This document shows, piece by piece, positions 40,004 through 51,050 of a stretch of DNA of 64,000 nt. Within the stretch, counting starts at the first letter, position 1. Every line of letters begins with the position of its first letter. This DNA comes from a virus. The stretch lies in the IMG/VR virus record IMGVR_UViG_3300031673_000011, positions 1-64,000 of that record. One strand, 5' to 3'. The translations under genes and the position numbers were made by a program. The notes beneath the pieces were generated by a model. It worked only from the letters and a program-made list of their open reading frames with translations, did no database searches and was not told the origin of the DNA.

Positions 40004-42142
40004 ATGAAATTTAAAAAAATTGCATCTGTTATTGGAAGTATGCTTCTTATTGGAGCTTCAATGGGAGTTGCTATGGCGAATACATATCCGACACCCTTTG
40101 TTCAAAATGGAAACGCAGATGTTGCGATAGTTTATGGAACTGGTTCAGCCCCAAGTGATTTAGTTGCAGCAGGTAAAATTGGGGATAATCTTAAATCTGT
40201 TTTTGATAGTTTTAATGAGGATAATAAAGTTTCAACAGGGAATTTTTCAAGTTCTGTAGGAATTACAGAAGAAGAAGTTATTCTTGGAAGCAAATTATTT
40301 GATTTTGGTAATGGAAAAATGAGAAATGTCTTTACAGATAACCAAATTCCATCTCTTATTGATGATAAAATACATTGGGATGATGGAAAGAGTACTAAGA
40401 CAAGTTTTAATGTCCACGAAGAAATTCTAGTAGGGAATATGAATCTTTTAACTACATTAGATAACAATGACTTAAAAGGTGTTGCTTTAACTAATGACAA
40501 GGATTTAGAATATCGTTATGTATTTGAGGATGAACTTAATATTAGTAGAATTGGAAATGAAGATGCTGATGATTTGACAATAAATATTCTTGGAAAAGAG
40601 TATTTAGTTGAAGAATTTGGAGATAATTCAATAACAATTTCTAGTTCAGGAGAAAGTGTTCTAAAAACTGGAGAAAGTATTATTCTTGAAGGGATAACTC
40701 TTACAGTAAGGGATATTTTTGAGGAAGCTGTCCAAATTAATGGTGTATTTATAAAGGAAGGCCAATTAAAGAATGTTGATGGATTGAAAGTTAGAGTTGA
40801 ATCAATTGCTTATCATTCTTCAGATACTTTACCAAGTAAAGTAATCCTTAAGGTTGGAAAGGAAATTTCAACTACTTATTCAGATGAAGATGCTTATATT
40901 GGAGAAGATGATTCAGATCCAAATTGGGTTTGGAAAATAAGTAATCCTGGAGTAAATGGAGGTTCTATTGGTGTTAAGTATGAGCAAAGACAATTAGATT
41001 CTGATGATGAAATAGTTTATGTTGGAGAAAGTTATACTTTCCCTGAGAACTATGCAACAGTTCAATTAGAAAGCTTAACTGATGTAGATTATGAAGATTT
41101 TGAAGTATCCTTCGATAGTTCAAAGGATTTATATTTTGCAGTAGATAATAACACTAAGATGTACGAAGATGCTAAAGTAGTTGTTCTTAAAGGGAAGTTA
41201 GATGATTCCTTTTTGATTAATGGTACAGAAACTGATGAAATTTATTTGAGGTATAACAATGTTTCAACTAGTACTATTGTAGAGGATGAGGAAAATGTAA
41301 TAATACCTTATTCTAATAATACAATGGAGTTGACCAAATTTGAATGTGATAATAGTGGAGGAATATTTTATGAAGGAGATTCCATATGTGAGTATCTAGA
41401 AGTTCTTGGAACAAAAGTAGTAACTTCTTTAAGTGAAGTTGTAGATGTCTTCTATAATGATGTGAATAAAGACTATTCAGATAGTATTAAGCCAAGATTT
41501 GCTTTTACTATAAATGGTACTGGAGATATAGGAAAATTAATCTATGAAGATACCAAATTAGATATCAAAATAGATAATAGAACATTATCTATTGGAGATT
41601 TATCAGTTGAATTAAATCCTACAGGAAATTTTACTCATTTAGGAATGGTTTCAGAAGAAGCAGAAAACAATGAAATTACTCTTAATCACAAAAGTGTTGG
41701 AAATAAAGAGGAAGACATTTTAGGTTATGATGGATTAATCTTATATGATTCTGAAGCTAATTCAGAGGATGACGAAGTTATCTTTGGTGTCCCAAGTGAA
41801 AGAGTTTATGCAACAGTAAGTGTTTTAGGTCAGGGAGAAATGGCTAGTGGAACTGTCCCTCAACTTGGTGCTATATTGGTTACAGATGATGAAGTAGCTA
41901 ATGTTGCTACAAAGAACTTAATTGTTGTTGGTGGAAGTTGTATTAATTCAGTTGCTGCTAAACTAATTGGTGTTCCGGTAAATACTTGTGGAGCAGAATG
42001 GACTGCTAAGACAAATGTTGGTGCAGGACAATACCTTCTTAAGGAATTTGTTTCTCCTTACAATAGTGGAAAAGTAGCCTTGCTTATTGCTGGCTATGAA
42101 GCTGCCGAGACAACTTTGGGTGTTAATAGTTTGATTGCTTAA
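40004..42142 (+). CDS. Archaeal S-layer protein
   Basis: MKFKKIASV signal, YPTPFV...DVAIVYG, C-terminal NLIVVGGSCINSVAAKL...LLIAGYEAAET; acidic. Confidence 0.85.
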   Translation: MKFKKIASVIGSMLLIGASMGVAMANTYPTPFVQNGNADVAIVYGTGSAPSDLVAAGKIGDNLKSVFDSFNEDNKVSTGNFSSSVGITEEEVILGSKLFDFGNGKMRNVFTDNQIPSLIDDKIHWDDGKSTKTSFNVHEEILVGNMNLLTTLDNNDLKGVALTNDKDLEYRYVFEDELNISRIGNEDADDLTINILGKEYLVEEFGDNSITISSSGESVLKTGESIILEGITLTVRDIFEEAVQINGVFIKEGQLKNVDGLKVRVESIAYHSSDTLPSKVILKVGKEISTTYSDEDAYIGEDDSDPNWVWKISNPGVNGGSIGVKYEQRQLDSDDEIVYVGESYTFPENYATVQLESLTDVDYEDFEVSFDSSKDLYFAVDNNTKMYEDAKVVVLKGKLDDSFLINGTETDEIYLRYNNVSTSTIVEDEENVIIPYSNNTMELTKFECDNSGGIFYEGDSICEYLEVLGTKVVTSLSEVVDVFYNDVNKDYSDSIKPRFAFTINGTGDIGKLIYEDTKLDIKIDNRTLSIGDLSVELNPTGNFTHLGMVSEEAENNEITLNHKSVGNKEEDILGYDGLILYDSEANSEDDEVIFGVPSERVYATVSVLGQGEMASGTVPQLGAILVTDDEVANVATKNLIVVGGSCINSVAAKLIGVPVNTCGAEWTAKTNVGAGQYLLKEFVSPYNSGKVALLIAGYEAAETTLGVNSLIA

Positions 42143-42148
42143 TTTTAA

Positions 42149-42185
42149 AGCCCTTTAAAAAGGGCTCTTTTTCTTTTTTTTTTAT
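42149..42185 (+). terminator. Hairpin plus long T tract after the S-layer gene
   Basis: AGCCCTTT-AA-AAAGGGCT then T-rich run. Confidence 0.6.
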
Positions 42186-42262
42186 TTTCTTCTTAATGTC
42201 TTAGTGTAACTACTATTAAGTGGTGGGAAAGATTTATAAATGGTAAATCATTCTTTAAATAG

Positions 42263-45134
42263 ATGAAATTTAAAGAAATAATAATTTGGTTAGGAATATT
42301 TATTGTTGGAAGTTTAATTGTAACTTTTTTGATTTCTCCAGGAAGTTTTGATAGATTTAAGGATAATGTTAAAGATATTACTGAAAAAGACATCATAAAA
42401 CAAACTATAAATAAAACAACTACTTTAACTGAACCAGAAGATATACAAATTACAGAATGTTTAGAAAGATTTAATGAATGCAAAAGAATTTCTGAAACAA
42501 AAACTGGTGTTTCAATAAAAATTATTGAATATAAAAAATTTACAGAATATAATAAAGCATTAGAATTTTACACAACATGGACTTCTCCATATACAAAATC
42601 TCTTATGGTTAGTGGAATGATGAAAAATTATTTTCTTCCAAAAGATAATTTTCCTATTGTTTTAATTGCTTCATCTGCAAAATGGAACATTAATTCTGAA
42701 TATGGTAATATTCAAGATTCTTATGTTGCTGTATGTGATTCAAATTATAATCTTGTGGAAACAACCAAAACATTGCATAATTGTTAAACTTGTTACCCCT
42801 TTTGAGTGATTAGAAAGATTTAAATAGTCTTGTTTTCTTATTAAATTAGAAAAAATGGTAAAATTAAAAGTTTTAAAATACAATAAGGAGAAGGCAAGAT
42901 GGTTATTCTCTTTGCTAAAGTTCTCAGAACTTTTTGCTGTATTTTTATTTATATTCGGTTTTCATGGATTTGGTTATTTAATTTATAACAATTTCCCTAA
43001 ATTTTATTTATGGTTTATACCTTCAGGAGTAGTTAATTTTTATTATTTATGGGTTTGTGGTATTACCACAATTATCTTTGGAATTTTCGCTTTACTAATA
43101 ACATTTTCAATATCATGGTTAATCTACTTAATAATTAAAAGTTGGGTTAAAGCTAATTGGAAATGGGCTAAAACTCTTGCAGAAGATAAAGAAGTTAAGG
43201 AAGAAAGATTGAATGAACAAAAGAAATTAGATGAAATAAAAAGAATAGAAAAATTAGAAAAACAAAGGGAAAAGTTTGGCTATTGTGTAGGAGATACAGC
43301 ACTTAGAGTTAAAAATGGAACTTTTGGAAAGGTGGGGGATAAGTATAAGATAGATTATGTAGATTATGATGGTGATATTGACTGCATATATGGTAATAAA
43401 AGTCGTAATTGTACTACAGAGAATTTTAAATTCATAAAGAATCAATTACCCAAGAAACCAAAGTTAAATCCAACAAGACAAAAAGAGGTTGATGATTTAA
43501 AGAAAACAAAATGAAAAAAACAACAACAGAAATTTTAAAGAAGATGGATAAAGATAAAGAGCAAAGAGAAAAATTAAAGAAGATAAGAAGAGAAAGAAAT
43601 AAAATTAAGGAAAAAATAGAAATAAAAAAGCCACAAAAGAGAAGCATAGAAATAGTAGAGTATGAAGATGGAACTTTCTCTTTGATTGGTTATGCTTATA
43701 ATTTGCATTTACAACGTGATGAAATTGAACTAGCTTTTAAAGCATGGCTAGACAATCTACTTGAAAATGGGAAGCACTTATAAATAAAAAGTTTGAAAGG
43801 AGGGAAAAATATGAAAAATAAAGAAACAACTGGGTATGAAAGAGCAGGTATATCAAATCCTGCAAGATTCTTTACAGGTATTGGAATGATATCTTTGGAA
43901 GTCATAGCTCTTTTCATAGTTTTTTTATCTCTTTTGAATTGGAGTTTTTTCACAAAACAAATTGCAGTAATTTTACTTATATCATTTTTGGTAATTATAT
44001 ATAATGTTTTTGCTGGTATTTTGATGTTAAAAGGTTCCAGGGAAAAGAATAGGAGATAAAATTGAAAAAGGAGGGAAATAATATGAATGAAGATAAAGCA
44101 GTTTTAAAATCAGTTTTATGTGCTTTGGCATTTATGCTACTAATAGGTGCTATTGTTATTGGATCATCTTTAGTATCAAGCCATTACGAAGTAAAAGCAT
44201 TTAATAGTATTCACGGAACAGAATATACGACTGGAGAATGGTTTTGGGCAGAACAAACAATTAAAGATTATCATTTGGGAACTGTAGAAAATAAAAATTA
44301 CCAAGTCGATGTAAATTTGAACGATGAAAGATTGAAAGGAGGTAATATAAAATGAGTGAAGATAATGAATTAATTGGGATGTTCTTCATTGGTGTATTAT
44401 TAGGAACATTCTTTTTCTTTTTAATATTAGTTGCATCAAATACATTTAATCCAGTAGAAAGGTTAAACATAGACAAAGACCGAATGGTTTCTGACTATGT
44501 TAAATTAAATTACCCTGAGTTTGAAAATTGTTCCATAAAATATAAAACATATAATAATATGGATTGTGAATATTCTGTTAATGGAGCGGAAGTATATTGT
44601 AATGAAGGATTACAACCAAGAGATAGTTTAAGTATAATAGGAAACAACCCAGACAGTTTAGTTTGTTTTGAGGATGGTTTGACTATTAAAGATATCTTTA
44701 AATTGAGATTAAGAGAAGAGGGATTAATAGATGATTAAAAGTTTGAAAGGGGGTAGTATAAAATGAGTGAAAGAGAAAGAATACCAAAGTATAATCCAGC
44801 AGATTATAAGGCAGTAGAAGAAACAGCCAGAGGAATGTCAAAACCAAAACTTGAAGAGTATTATGTTAAAGATAGAGATAGAAGGCATATGAGTTGTGGG
44901 GAAGGATGGTGTATTTTTATTGGAATTGTTGCTTTAATCTTTTTTATAGGAGCAATGGGATATTTTATTGCAGAAACAAAGATTGCACATGATGTTTCCA
45001 ATAATATTGAAGATATTTCAGAAGATATTTGTCCAATCCTTGGTTCAGGGTATGTTTCAGATGAATTTTTCAAGGATACAACAAGTTACACAAATAAAAT
45101 AGTTTGCAATAGTATCAATTCTATTCCGAGATAA
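42263..45134 (+). other. Run of small membrane-anchored hypothetical proteins
   Basis: ORFs 42263, 42855, 43793, 44062, 44352 and 44763 carry hydrophobic segments; class I promoters at 42206 and 42792. Confidence 0.55.
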
Positions 45135-45343
45135 TAGAGCATCTATATTTGCCTGACTTTTTATAAGGAAAATTTTTATTTCTTTTTCTCTTTTCCTTTT
45201 TTTTGTTTCTCTTTTCTGATTCCATAAGAGAGTTCATTTTTCAATTGGAATATTTTTGGGGTTTCTGATGAGAGGAATTTAACTGTGGCCCTTTTTTCTT
45301 TTATTGATAACCTTATTGTCATACAATATACAGATGATTAAAT

Positions 45344-45409
45344 TATATAAATGTTTGTGGTAATTTAGCTGATTTCTGAAATCACTTAAAATCACAAACA
45401 TTTAAATAA
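45344..45409. promoter_or_regulatory. Divergent class II promoters around the palindrome GATTTC-T-GAAATC
   Basis: CACAAACATTTAWATAA on both strands; palindrome at 45371-45383. Confidence 0.65.
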
Positions 45410-45429
45410 TCTTATATACTGAATTCTCT

Positions 45430-45972
45430 ATGGAACAAAAAAATATAAACTTTTTAGTTTTAGCTTTTGTATTTCTAATTATAGGTGTAGCATTAATTGG
45501 TTCGGTTGCTTCAAATGTTAGTGATAGAACAGATAAAGTAACTATCCTCGATGAAGCATTAGACATTAGTGCTGCTAGATTAGGAGATGCTATCTTAAGC
45601 ATAGATGATACACATGCTTTTACCATAACTAATTACCCTACTAGTTGGAAAATTTTAGATTGTCCAATTACTGACTTTGTATTTAAAAATCAAACAGGTG
45701 TTGCTACAACTGTAGCCTCAGACTATGCTTTTTTCCCAGCTAATGGAACTTTAGTATTAGTAAATTCATCTGTATACCATGATGATGGTACAATACAGAT
45801 TCTTAATACAACAACTATGGATTATACATATTGTGCTGATGACTATCTTAATTCTACTTGGGGAAGATCAGTATTAAACACAGTACCAGGTTTCTTTGCA
45901 CTAGTCTTATTGGCTGGTTCATTATGGCTATTCTATAATGTTTTTAGGAATGTTGGAATTATCAAAGGATAA
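45430..45972 (+). CDS. Capsid-protein paralogue with a large inserted ectodomain (minor virion protein)
   Basis: LIIGVALIGSVASNV...STWGRSVLNTVPGFFALVLL matches the two helices of 5492-5722; the insert has N-x-S/T sequons and two Cys. Confidence 0.65.
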   Translation: MEQKNINFLVLAFVFLIIGVALIGSVASNVSDRTDKVTILDEALDISAARLGDAILSIDDTHAFTITNYPTSWKILDCPITDFVFKNQTGVATTVASDYAFFPANGTLVLVNSSVYHDDGTIQILNTTTMDYTYCADDYLNSTWGRSVLNTVPGFFALVLLAGSLWLFYNVFRNVGIIKG

Positions 45973-46077
45973 AATTATATTAAGTTGAAATAGAAGAGAA
46001 CTATTCTCTCTTCTTTATCTTGGTGTTACCACTTTTAAGTGATTAGAAAGATTTATAAAGGGTGAATCTTTGTTAAT

Positions 46078-46494
46078 ATGATGGAAAATAAGAACTGGAA
46101 AATTTTTATATTATGTTTTATAGTAGTTCTTTTAATGATCTTTTTAGTCTTTTTAACAGTAGAATTATTTAATAATGAATTCGCAAATGTTAATACAAAT
46201 GAATCTATAAATGTTGACACAAGTGTTGATGTTAAAAATGTGATAGAATATATGAAAGATAATAATATTACTATCTATGGTTCTACGAAATGTTCTTATT
46301 GTCAAAAACAATTAAAAGAGTTTCAACCATATCAGGAAGAAGCTATTGAAGAAGGGGTTTTTATTTTTTGTGATTTAAATCAGGATATAGGTTGTATAGG
46401 AATAGAATCGGTTCCTTCTTGGAAAAAGGATGGAAAGATAGTTCATGAAGGATACTTACCACTTGAAAGTATTGGGGAAAACTATTCATGGTAA
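46078..46494 (+). CDS. Membrane-anchored thioredoxin/glutaredoxin-like protein
   Basis: N-terminal TM, YGSTKCSYCQKQ, cis-Pro motif SVPSW. Confidence 0.7.
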   Translation: MMENKNWKIFILCFIVVLLMIFLVFLTVELFNNEFANVNTNESINVDTSVDVKNVIEYMKDNNITIYGSTKCSYCQKQLKEFQPYQEEAIEEGVFIFCDLNQDIGCIGIESVPSWKKDGKIVHEGYLPLESIGENYSW

Positions 46495-46527
46495 ATATTT
46501 ATACAATTGAAAAGGAGGTGAAATAAA

Positions 46528-46848
46528 ATGTCAAATTTAAAAGAAACAGCACAGGCATATGAGCCAAAGAAAACACTTAACATTGCAGATTTAGATAGAG
46601 TTGACCTTACTTGGCCTGTTGAAAGTAGAACAGGTGTAACAGTAAAACAAGATGAAGAAGGAAAAGATTATGAAGAATCTTATTCATATAAGGTTATGAT
46701 TGTTAATGAGATAGAATATAGGGTTCCAAACACTGTGCTTGAAGAAATACAGAAGATGGTTGAATTAGTACCAGAATTACAATTTGTTAATGTTGATAAA
46801 ACAGGTTCTGGTTATGGAACAAAATATTCTGTAAAGAAAGTAAAATAA
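46528..46848 (+). CDS. Hypothetical protein, possibly ssDNA-binding beta-barrel
   Basis: Strong GGAGGTG RBS; EYRVP...KTGSGYGTKYSV. Confidence 0.4.
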   Translation: MSNLKETAQAYEPKKTLNIADLDRVDLTWPVESRTGVTVKQDEEGKDYEESYSYKVMIVNEIEYRVPNTVLEEIQKMVELVPELQFVNVDKTGSGYGTKYSVKKVK

Positions 46849-47015
46849 TTACCAACTTTACAAAATAAATTTATTATTTTTTGCCCCAATGTTTGTGGGG
46901 TTCATATTCATAAAAATGAAAAAAAAGAAAACTAAAATAGGTTTAGGCCAAAGAGTTGAACCAAAAACAATTCCTGCAATAAGGAAAGGAAAACAAATAT
47001 GGAAAAAGAATTAAA

Positions 47016-47405
47016 ATGGAAAAGAAAAAAGAACCACTAAGAATACAAATGAGAGAAAATCCTTGGATAGTTTGGACATTTGCTTTGGGAATATTATTTG
47101 TTTTAATGTGTGTAATAAGTATTTATAAAACAGAAGTTAAAACAGAAAACGAAATACTTTGTTCTGTAATTGGAGCAACTCCAGCATGGGCAGATGCTAA
47201 TGGGAAACTTATTTCTTATGGGGCTATAATACCAACAGAGCAATCAATAGATTTAGTAGGGGCTGTATTAATCCCAGAGAGAATAAAGCTTCTTTATGTT
47301 CCAGGATGTAGTGCTTGCCAAAATCAAATTAATTACTTTAAGGAACAAGGCACTTGGGATAATTATGTAAAGGAAGGTTTAACTGTGGATTGCAGTAAAT
47401 ATTAA
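47016..47405 (+). CDS. Membrane-anchored CxxC thioredoxin-like protein
   Basis: TM, LYVPGCSACQNQ...VDC. Confidence 0.55.
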   Translation: MEKKKEPLRIQMRENPWIVWTFALGILFVLMCVISIYKTEVKTENEILCSVIGATPAWADANGKLISYGAIIPTEQSIDLVGAVLIPERIKLLYVPGCSACQNQINYFKEQGTWDNYVKEGLTVDCSKY

Positions 47406-48249
47406 AATGAACACAAAAAAATATATTGAAATGGTTAATAGGGCAGTAAAGGAGGGAAAGCATAATAGACCAATAAAAGTAGTTTATACAAAAAACAAAC
47501 CTATAACAGAAGGGCAACAAGGAGTTGCTTCTCATATTAATATGAAAAAATATGATAGAATTGCTATTTGGAAAGGATTACCAAGAAATTATGAGGAGAA
47601 AATTAAAAGAGAAAAAGAATTAAGTGAAAAATTAGGAAAAAAAGTTGAAGTGATTACAAGAGAAGATGCTCTTAGGCATGAATTATGGCACGTTCATAAA
47701 CCTTATGCTTCGGAAAAAGAAATAAGATGTAAATTAGAAAAAAAAGATTTACCAAATAAATTACCAACAAGGAGAAGATTCTAATGATAATACACAACTC
47801 AAACGAATGTCTATGTAATGAATCACTTTCAAATGGAAATGAAAAATAAACTTATTATTTTTTTACCCGAATGTTAGTCGGGTTCATAATCATAAAAAAC
47901 AAAAGGGAGGTATAAAATGTATATAGAATTACAAGGAAAAGAACTTAAGAAAGATTGGAAAGCTTTAGCAAAGAGTGCAAAAGAAAGTGACCCAAATGAT
48001 AAAAGTATTGGAGAAGAAGAGAGATTATTAATTGATAATGATGAAGAAGAAATTGTAGCTTTAGAATTTAATGAAGCTGATGAAAAAATATTCTTTGCTT
48101 TTACAAATAAGTATGGATATTTTTCATTCAGTATTCCTTTGAATGATGGTTTGATGTTTGAAATTGTAGAATGCTTAAAATCAAAAGGGAAAAAAATAGA
48201 AAGGTTAATTGATTTGAACAAGTAAAATAATTAAGCACTATAAATTAAA

Positions 48250-49770
48250 ATGAAAAACAAAGTTTTATTAATCACATCTACATTTGAAAATCCAATTGCT
48301 ATATCAAAAGTTAATAATAATATTGGAGAGGAAAAATTTGGTTATGAGGAAGTAGAGAAACAGCATTATGCTATTGGTCTGGCATATATCCATTCCTATA
48401 TAGAATCAAAAGGATATTGTGTTGAGGGCCTTTATTTGAATAGTTACCCCTTTGAAGAATGCTTGGAAAGGATAAAAAATAAGTTGGAGTATTTTTCTCC
48501 AGACTTTGTAGGGATTCAGATTTTTTCTGTCAATAGAATTAGTAGTTATAAAATAATAGAATATATAAGAGAAAATTATCCAAAAATAAAAATAATAGTA
48601 GGAGGATTACACGCTACTTTAATGTATCATCAAATCTTAGAAAAATATCCCTTTTTAACAATAGTAATTGGAGAGGGAGAACTAACCTTTGTAGAATTAC
48701 TTAATAGTTTTAAAGAAGGCAAGAAGAATATGAGGAATATAAAGGGGATTGCATATAAGATAAAAGGTAAAGTAATTGTAACAGATTCAAGACCATTAAT
48801 AGAAAATCTTGATGAACTTCCATATCCTAAGCACGAAGTTTTTTTTAGGGAAAACAGGTCACAAGCTTGCCTTTTAACAACAAGGGGATGCCCTTTTAAA
48901 TGTAGTTTTTGTTGTATGAATCCACTTACTAAAAGACGAGTTCGTTTTAGATCTGTTAAAAATGTTGTGGATGAAATAGAATATCTCGCAAAATCTTTTA
49001 AAAAAATTAAATTAATTTGGATACATGATGAAACATTTACCTTGGATAATAATAGGGTTATACAAATTTGTGATGAAATAATAAAGAGAGGAATAAAAAA
49101 GGAATTTATAGCAAGTGGAAGAATAAAACCAATTTCAAAAAAGATGATAAAAAAAATGGAAGAAGCCAATTTTAAATATCTTATACTTGGGGTTGAAAGT
49201 GGATGTGATGATATTTTGAAAAAAGCACATAAAGGAATAACAAAAAAGGATATTGTAGAAACATTTAAATTATTCAAGAATTCTAAAGTAATCCTGAAAA
49301 TTTTTATAATCATTGGACTGCCTGGAGAAACAAAAGAAACCATTATAGAAACTTCAAAATTCGTAAGGGATTTACAGAAGATAATATATATTTCTTTGGG
49401 TGATACTGCAAATTACTTAAGAATTTATCCAGGAGCAGAAGTGTATGAAATAGCAAAGGAAGCAGGTATTATAAGTGATAAATACTGGCTAACAGAACTT
49501 TCATCTCCAATCTTTACATTAGAAAATTCCCTTGAAACTCTTAATGAGTTTGGAGAGATTTTTATTAACTATACTGCATGGAGTAGAATGTTTAGATTAA
49601 AAGGATTTATCCATCAATGGATGATGATACCATACTTTTTGAAATATTTATTAACAACTAAACGCAAATTGCTATTACAAAAGATATTCTTTTTCATAAA
49701 ATTAAATAAAGAGGGCATTTCTCCTCCCAATCCTGAAGGAATGGGTATCCGAAATGGGAGAATTATATGA
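48250..49770 (+). CDS. B12-binding radical SAM protein
   Basis: IGLAYI, VGGLHAT, GEGE, TRGCPFKCSFC, GVESG, IGLPGET. Confidence 0.92.
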   Translation: MKNKVLLITSTFENPIAISKVNNNIGEEKFGYEEVEKQHYAIGLAYIHSYIESKGYCVEGLYLNSYPFEECLERIKNKLEYFSPDFVGIQIFSVNRISSYKIIEYIRENYPKIKIIVGGLHATLMYHQILEKYPFLTIVIGEGELTFVELLNSFKEGKKNMRNIKGIAYKIKGKVIVTDSRPLIENLDELPYPKHEVFFRENRSQACLLTTRGCPFKCSFCCMNPLTKRRVRFRSVKNVVDEIEYLAKSFKKIKLIWIHDETFTLDNNRVIQICDEIIKRGIKKEFIASGRIKPISKKMIKKMEEANFKYLILGVESGCDDILKKAHKGITKKDIVETFKLFKNSKVILKIFIIIGLPGETKETIIETSKFVRDLQKIIYISLGDTANYLRIYPGAEVYEIAKEAGIISDKYWLTELSSPIFTLENSLETLNEFGEIFINYTAWSRMFRLKGFIHQWMMIPYFLKYLLTTKRKLLLQKIFFFIKLNKEGISPPNPEGMGIRNGRII

Positions 49771-49908
49771 CGAACCTAATAACTGCTTTAATGGGAATAT
49801 TGGATATTCTTGCAGGAATTTTGATACTTCTTATTGCATTTGACAAGATTTTCTTTATAATAATTGCAAGCTTGATAATATTAAAAGGGGGGATAAGTTT
49901 TTTTTAGA

Positions 49909-50466
49909 ATGGTGAATTATAATTATTATCTAGATAAACTTTTTGGAATAGAAGTTATAAGAATTTTTCCAAGAGAAGCAATTAAATATGCAAAAGATTA
50001 TTTTCAAAATAAAGAAATTATTGCTCTTGAGATTGGAACATTAAAAGGAGAAAATACAAAATCAATGTTTAAAAAATTAAATATAAGTAAGATTTATTTA
50101 ATAGACCCTTATATAATTTACAATGGTCTTGATAGGGTATATGCTTATAGAAGTTGTAAAAAAGAAGCAATAAGAAGATTAAATAAGTTTAGTGATAAGA
50201 TTAATTGGATTTTTAAATTATCTTCTGAAGCAATTGAAGATATAAAAGAGAAAGTTGATTTTATTTATATTGATGGCAACCACGATTATTCTTTTGTGAA
50301 AGAAGACTTAGAGAATTATTGGGAAATTTTAAATATGGGGGGAATTATGTCTGGGCATGATATACAATGCGAAGATGTTAGTAGAGCTGTTTTGGAATTT
50401 GCAAGAAAGAAAAACCTACAGGTTCTTTTCGGAGAAAGAAGAGATTGGTGGATAATAAAATGTTAA
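49909..50466 (+). CDS. Class I SAM methyltransferase (Methyltransf_24-like)
   Basis: LEIGTLKG, IDPY, DFIYIDGNH, GGIMSGHD. Confidence 0.85.
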   Translation: MVNYNYYLDKLFGIEVIRIFPREAIKYAKDYFQNKEIIALEIGTLKGENTKSMFKKLNISKIYLIDPYIIYNGLDRVYAYRSCKKEAIRRLNKFSDKINWIFKLSSEAIEDIKEKVDFIYIDGNHDYSFVKEDLENYWEILNMGGIMSGHDIQCEDVSRAVLEFARKKNLQVLFGERRDWWIIKC

Positions 50467-50489
50467 AATTAAAAGAGGAAATCATTAAA

Positions 50490-51050
50490 ATGAAGAAAAG
50501 AATCAAATTTTTATTATGGCTTTTTAAAATTAAAAAATCAATTAGTCCTCCCCACCTTGTTAAAGAAAGAACAGTAAGATTTTACGGGAAAAAATATAAA
50601 ATGACTGCTTTGGTTGAAACTGGAACTTATGAAGGGGAAATGGTTTCTGCGTTGAAAGAAGATTTTGAAAAAATATTCTCAATAGAATTGGATAAAACCT
50701 TAGCGACAAAGGCTAAAGAAAAATTTTCAAAAGATAAGAAGATTAAAATTATTTGTGGTGATAGTGGAGAAGAATTGAAAAATATATTAAAAATGAATCC
50801 CCATCCTTGTTTATTCTGGTTAGATGCACATTATAGTGGTGGTATAACTGCAAGAGGAAAAAAAGAAACTCCTATTGCTGAAGAATTAAAAGAGATTGTA
50901 AAACATTCAAAGAGAAATGTTATTTTAATTGATGATGCCAATGAGTTTGGGAAAGGGGATTATCCTTCATACGAAGAGATAAAAACAATCCTTAAAGGAG
51001 AATTTAACATACAAACAAAAAATAATATAATTAGGATTTGTCCAAAATGA
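50490..51050 (+). CDS. SAM-methyltransferase-like protein
   Basis: VETGTYEG, SIEL, GDS, FWLDAHYSGG, ILIDD. Confidence 0.7.
   Translation: MKKRIKFLLWLFKIKKSISPPHLVKERTVRFYGKKYKMTALVETGTYEGEMVSALKEDFEKIFSIELDKTLATKAKEKFSKDKKIKIICGDSGEELKNILKMNPHPCLFWLDAHYSGGITARGKKETPIAEELKEIVKHSKRNVILIDDANEFGKGDYPSYEEIKTILKGEFNIQTKNNIIRICPK

Noticed and set aside
48630-49343. 237-aa antisense ORF, and similar antisense ORFs at 10738, 13184, 40132, 51475 and 62461
   Set aside because: Antisense shadows of clearly identified genes with Phe/Ile/Ser-biased composition and no motifs
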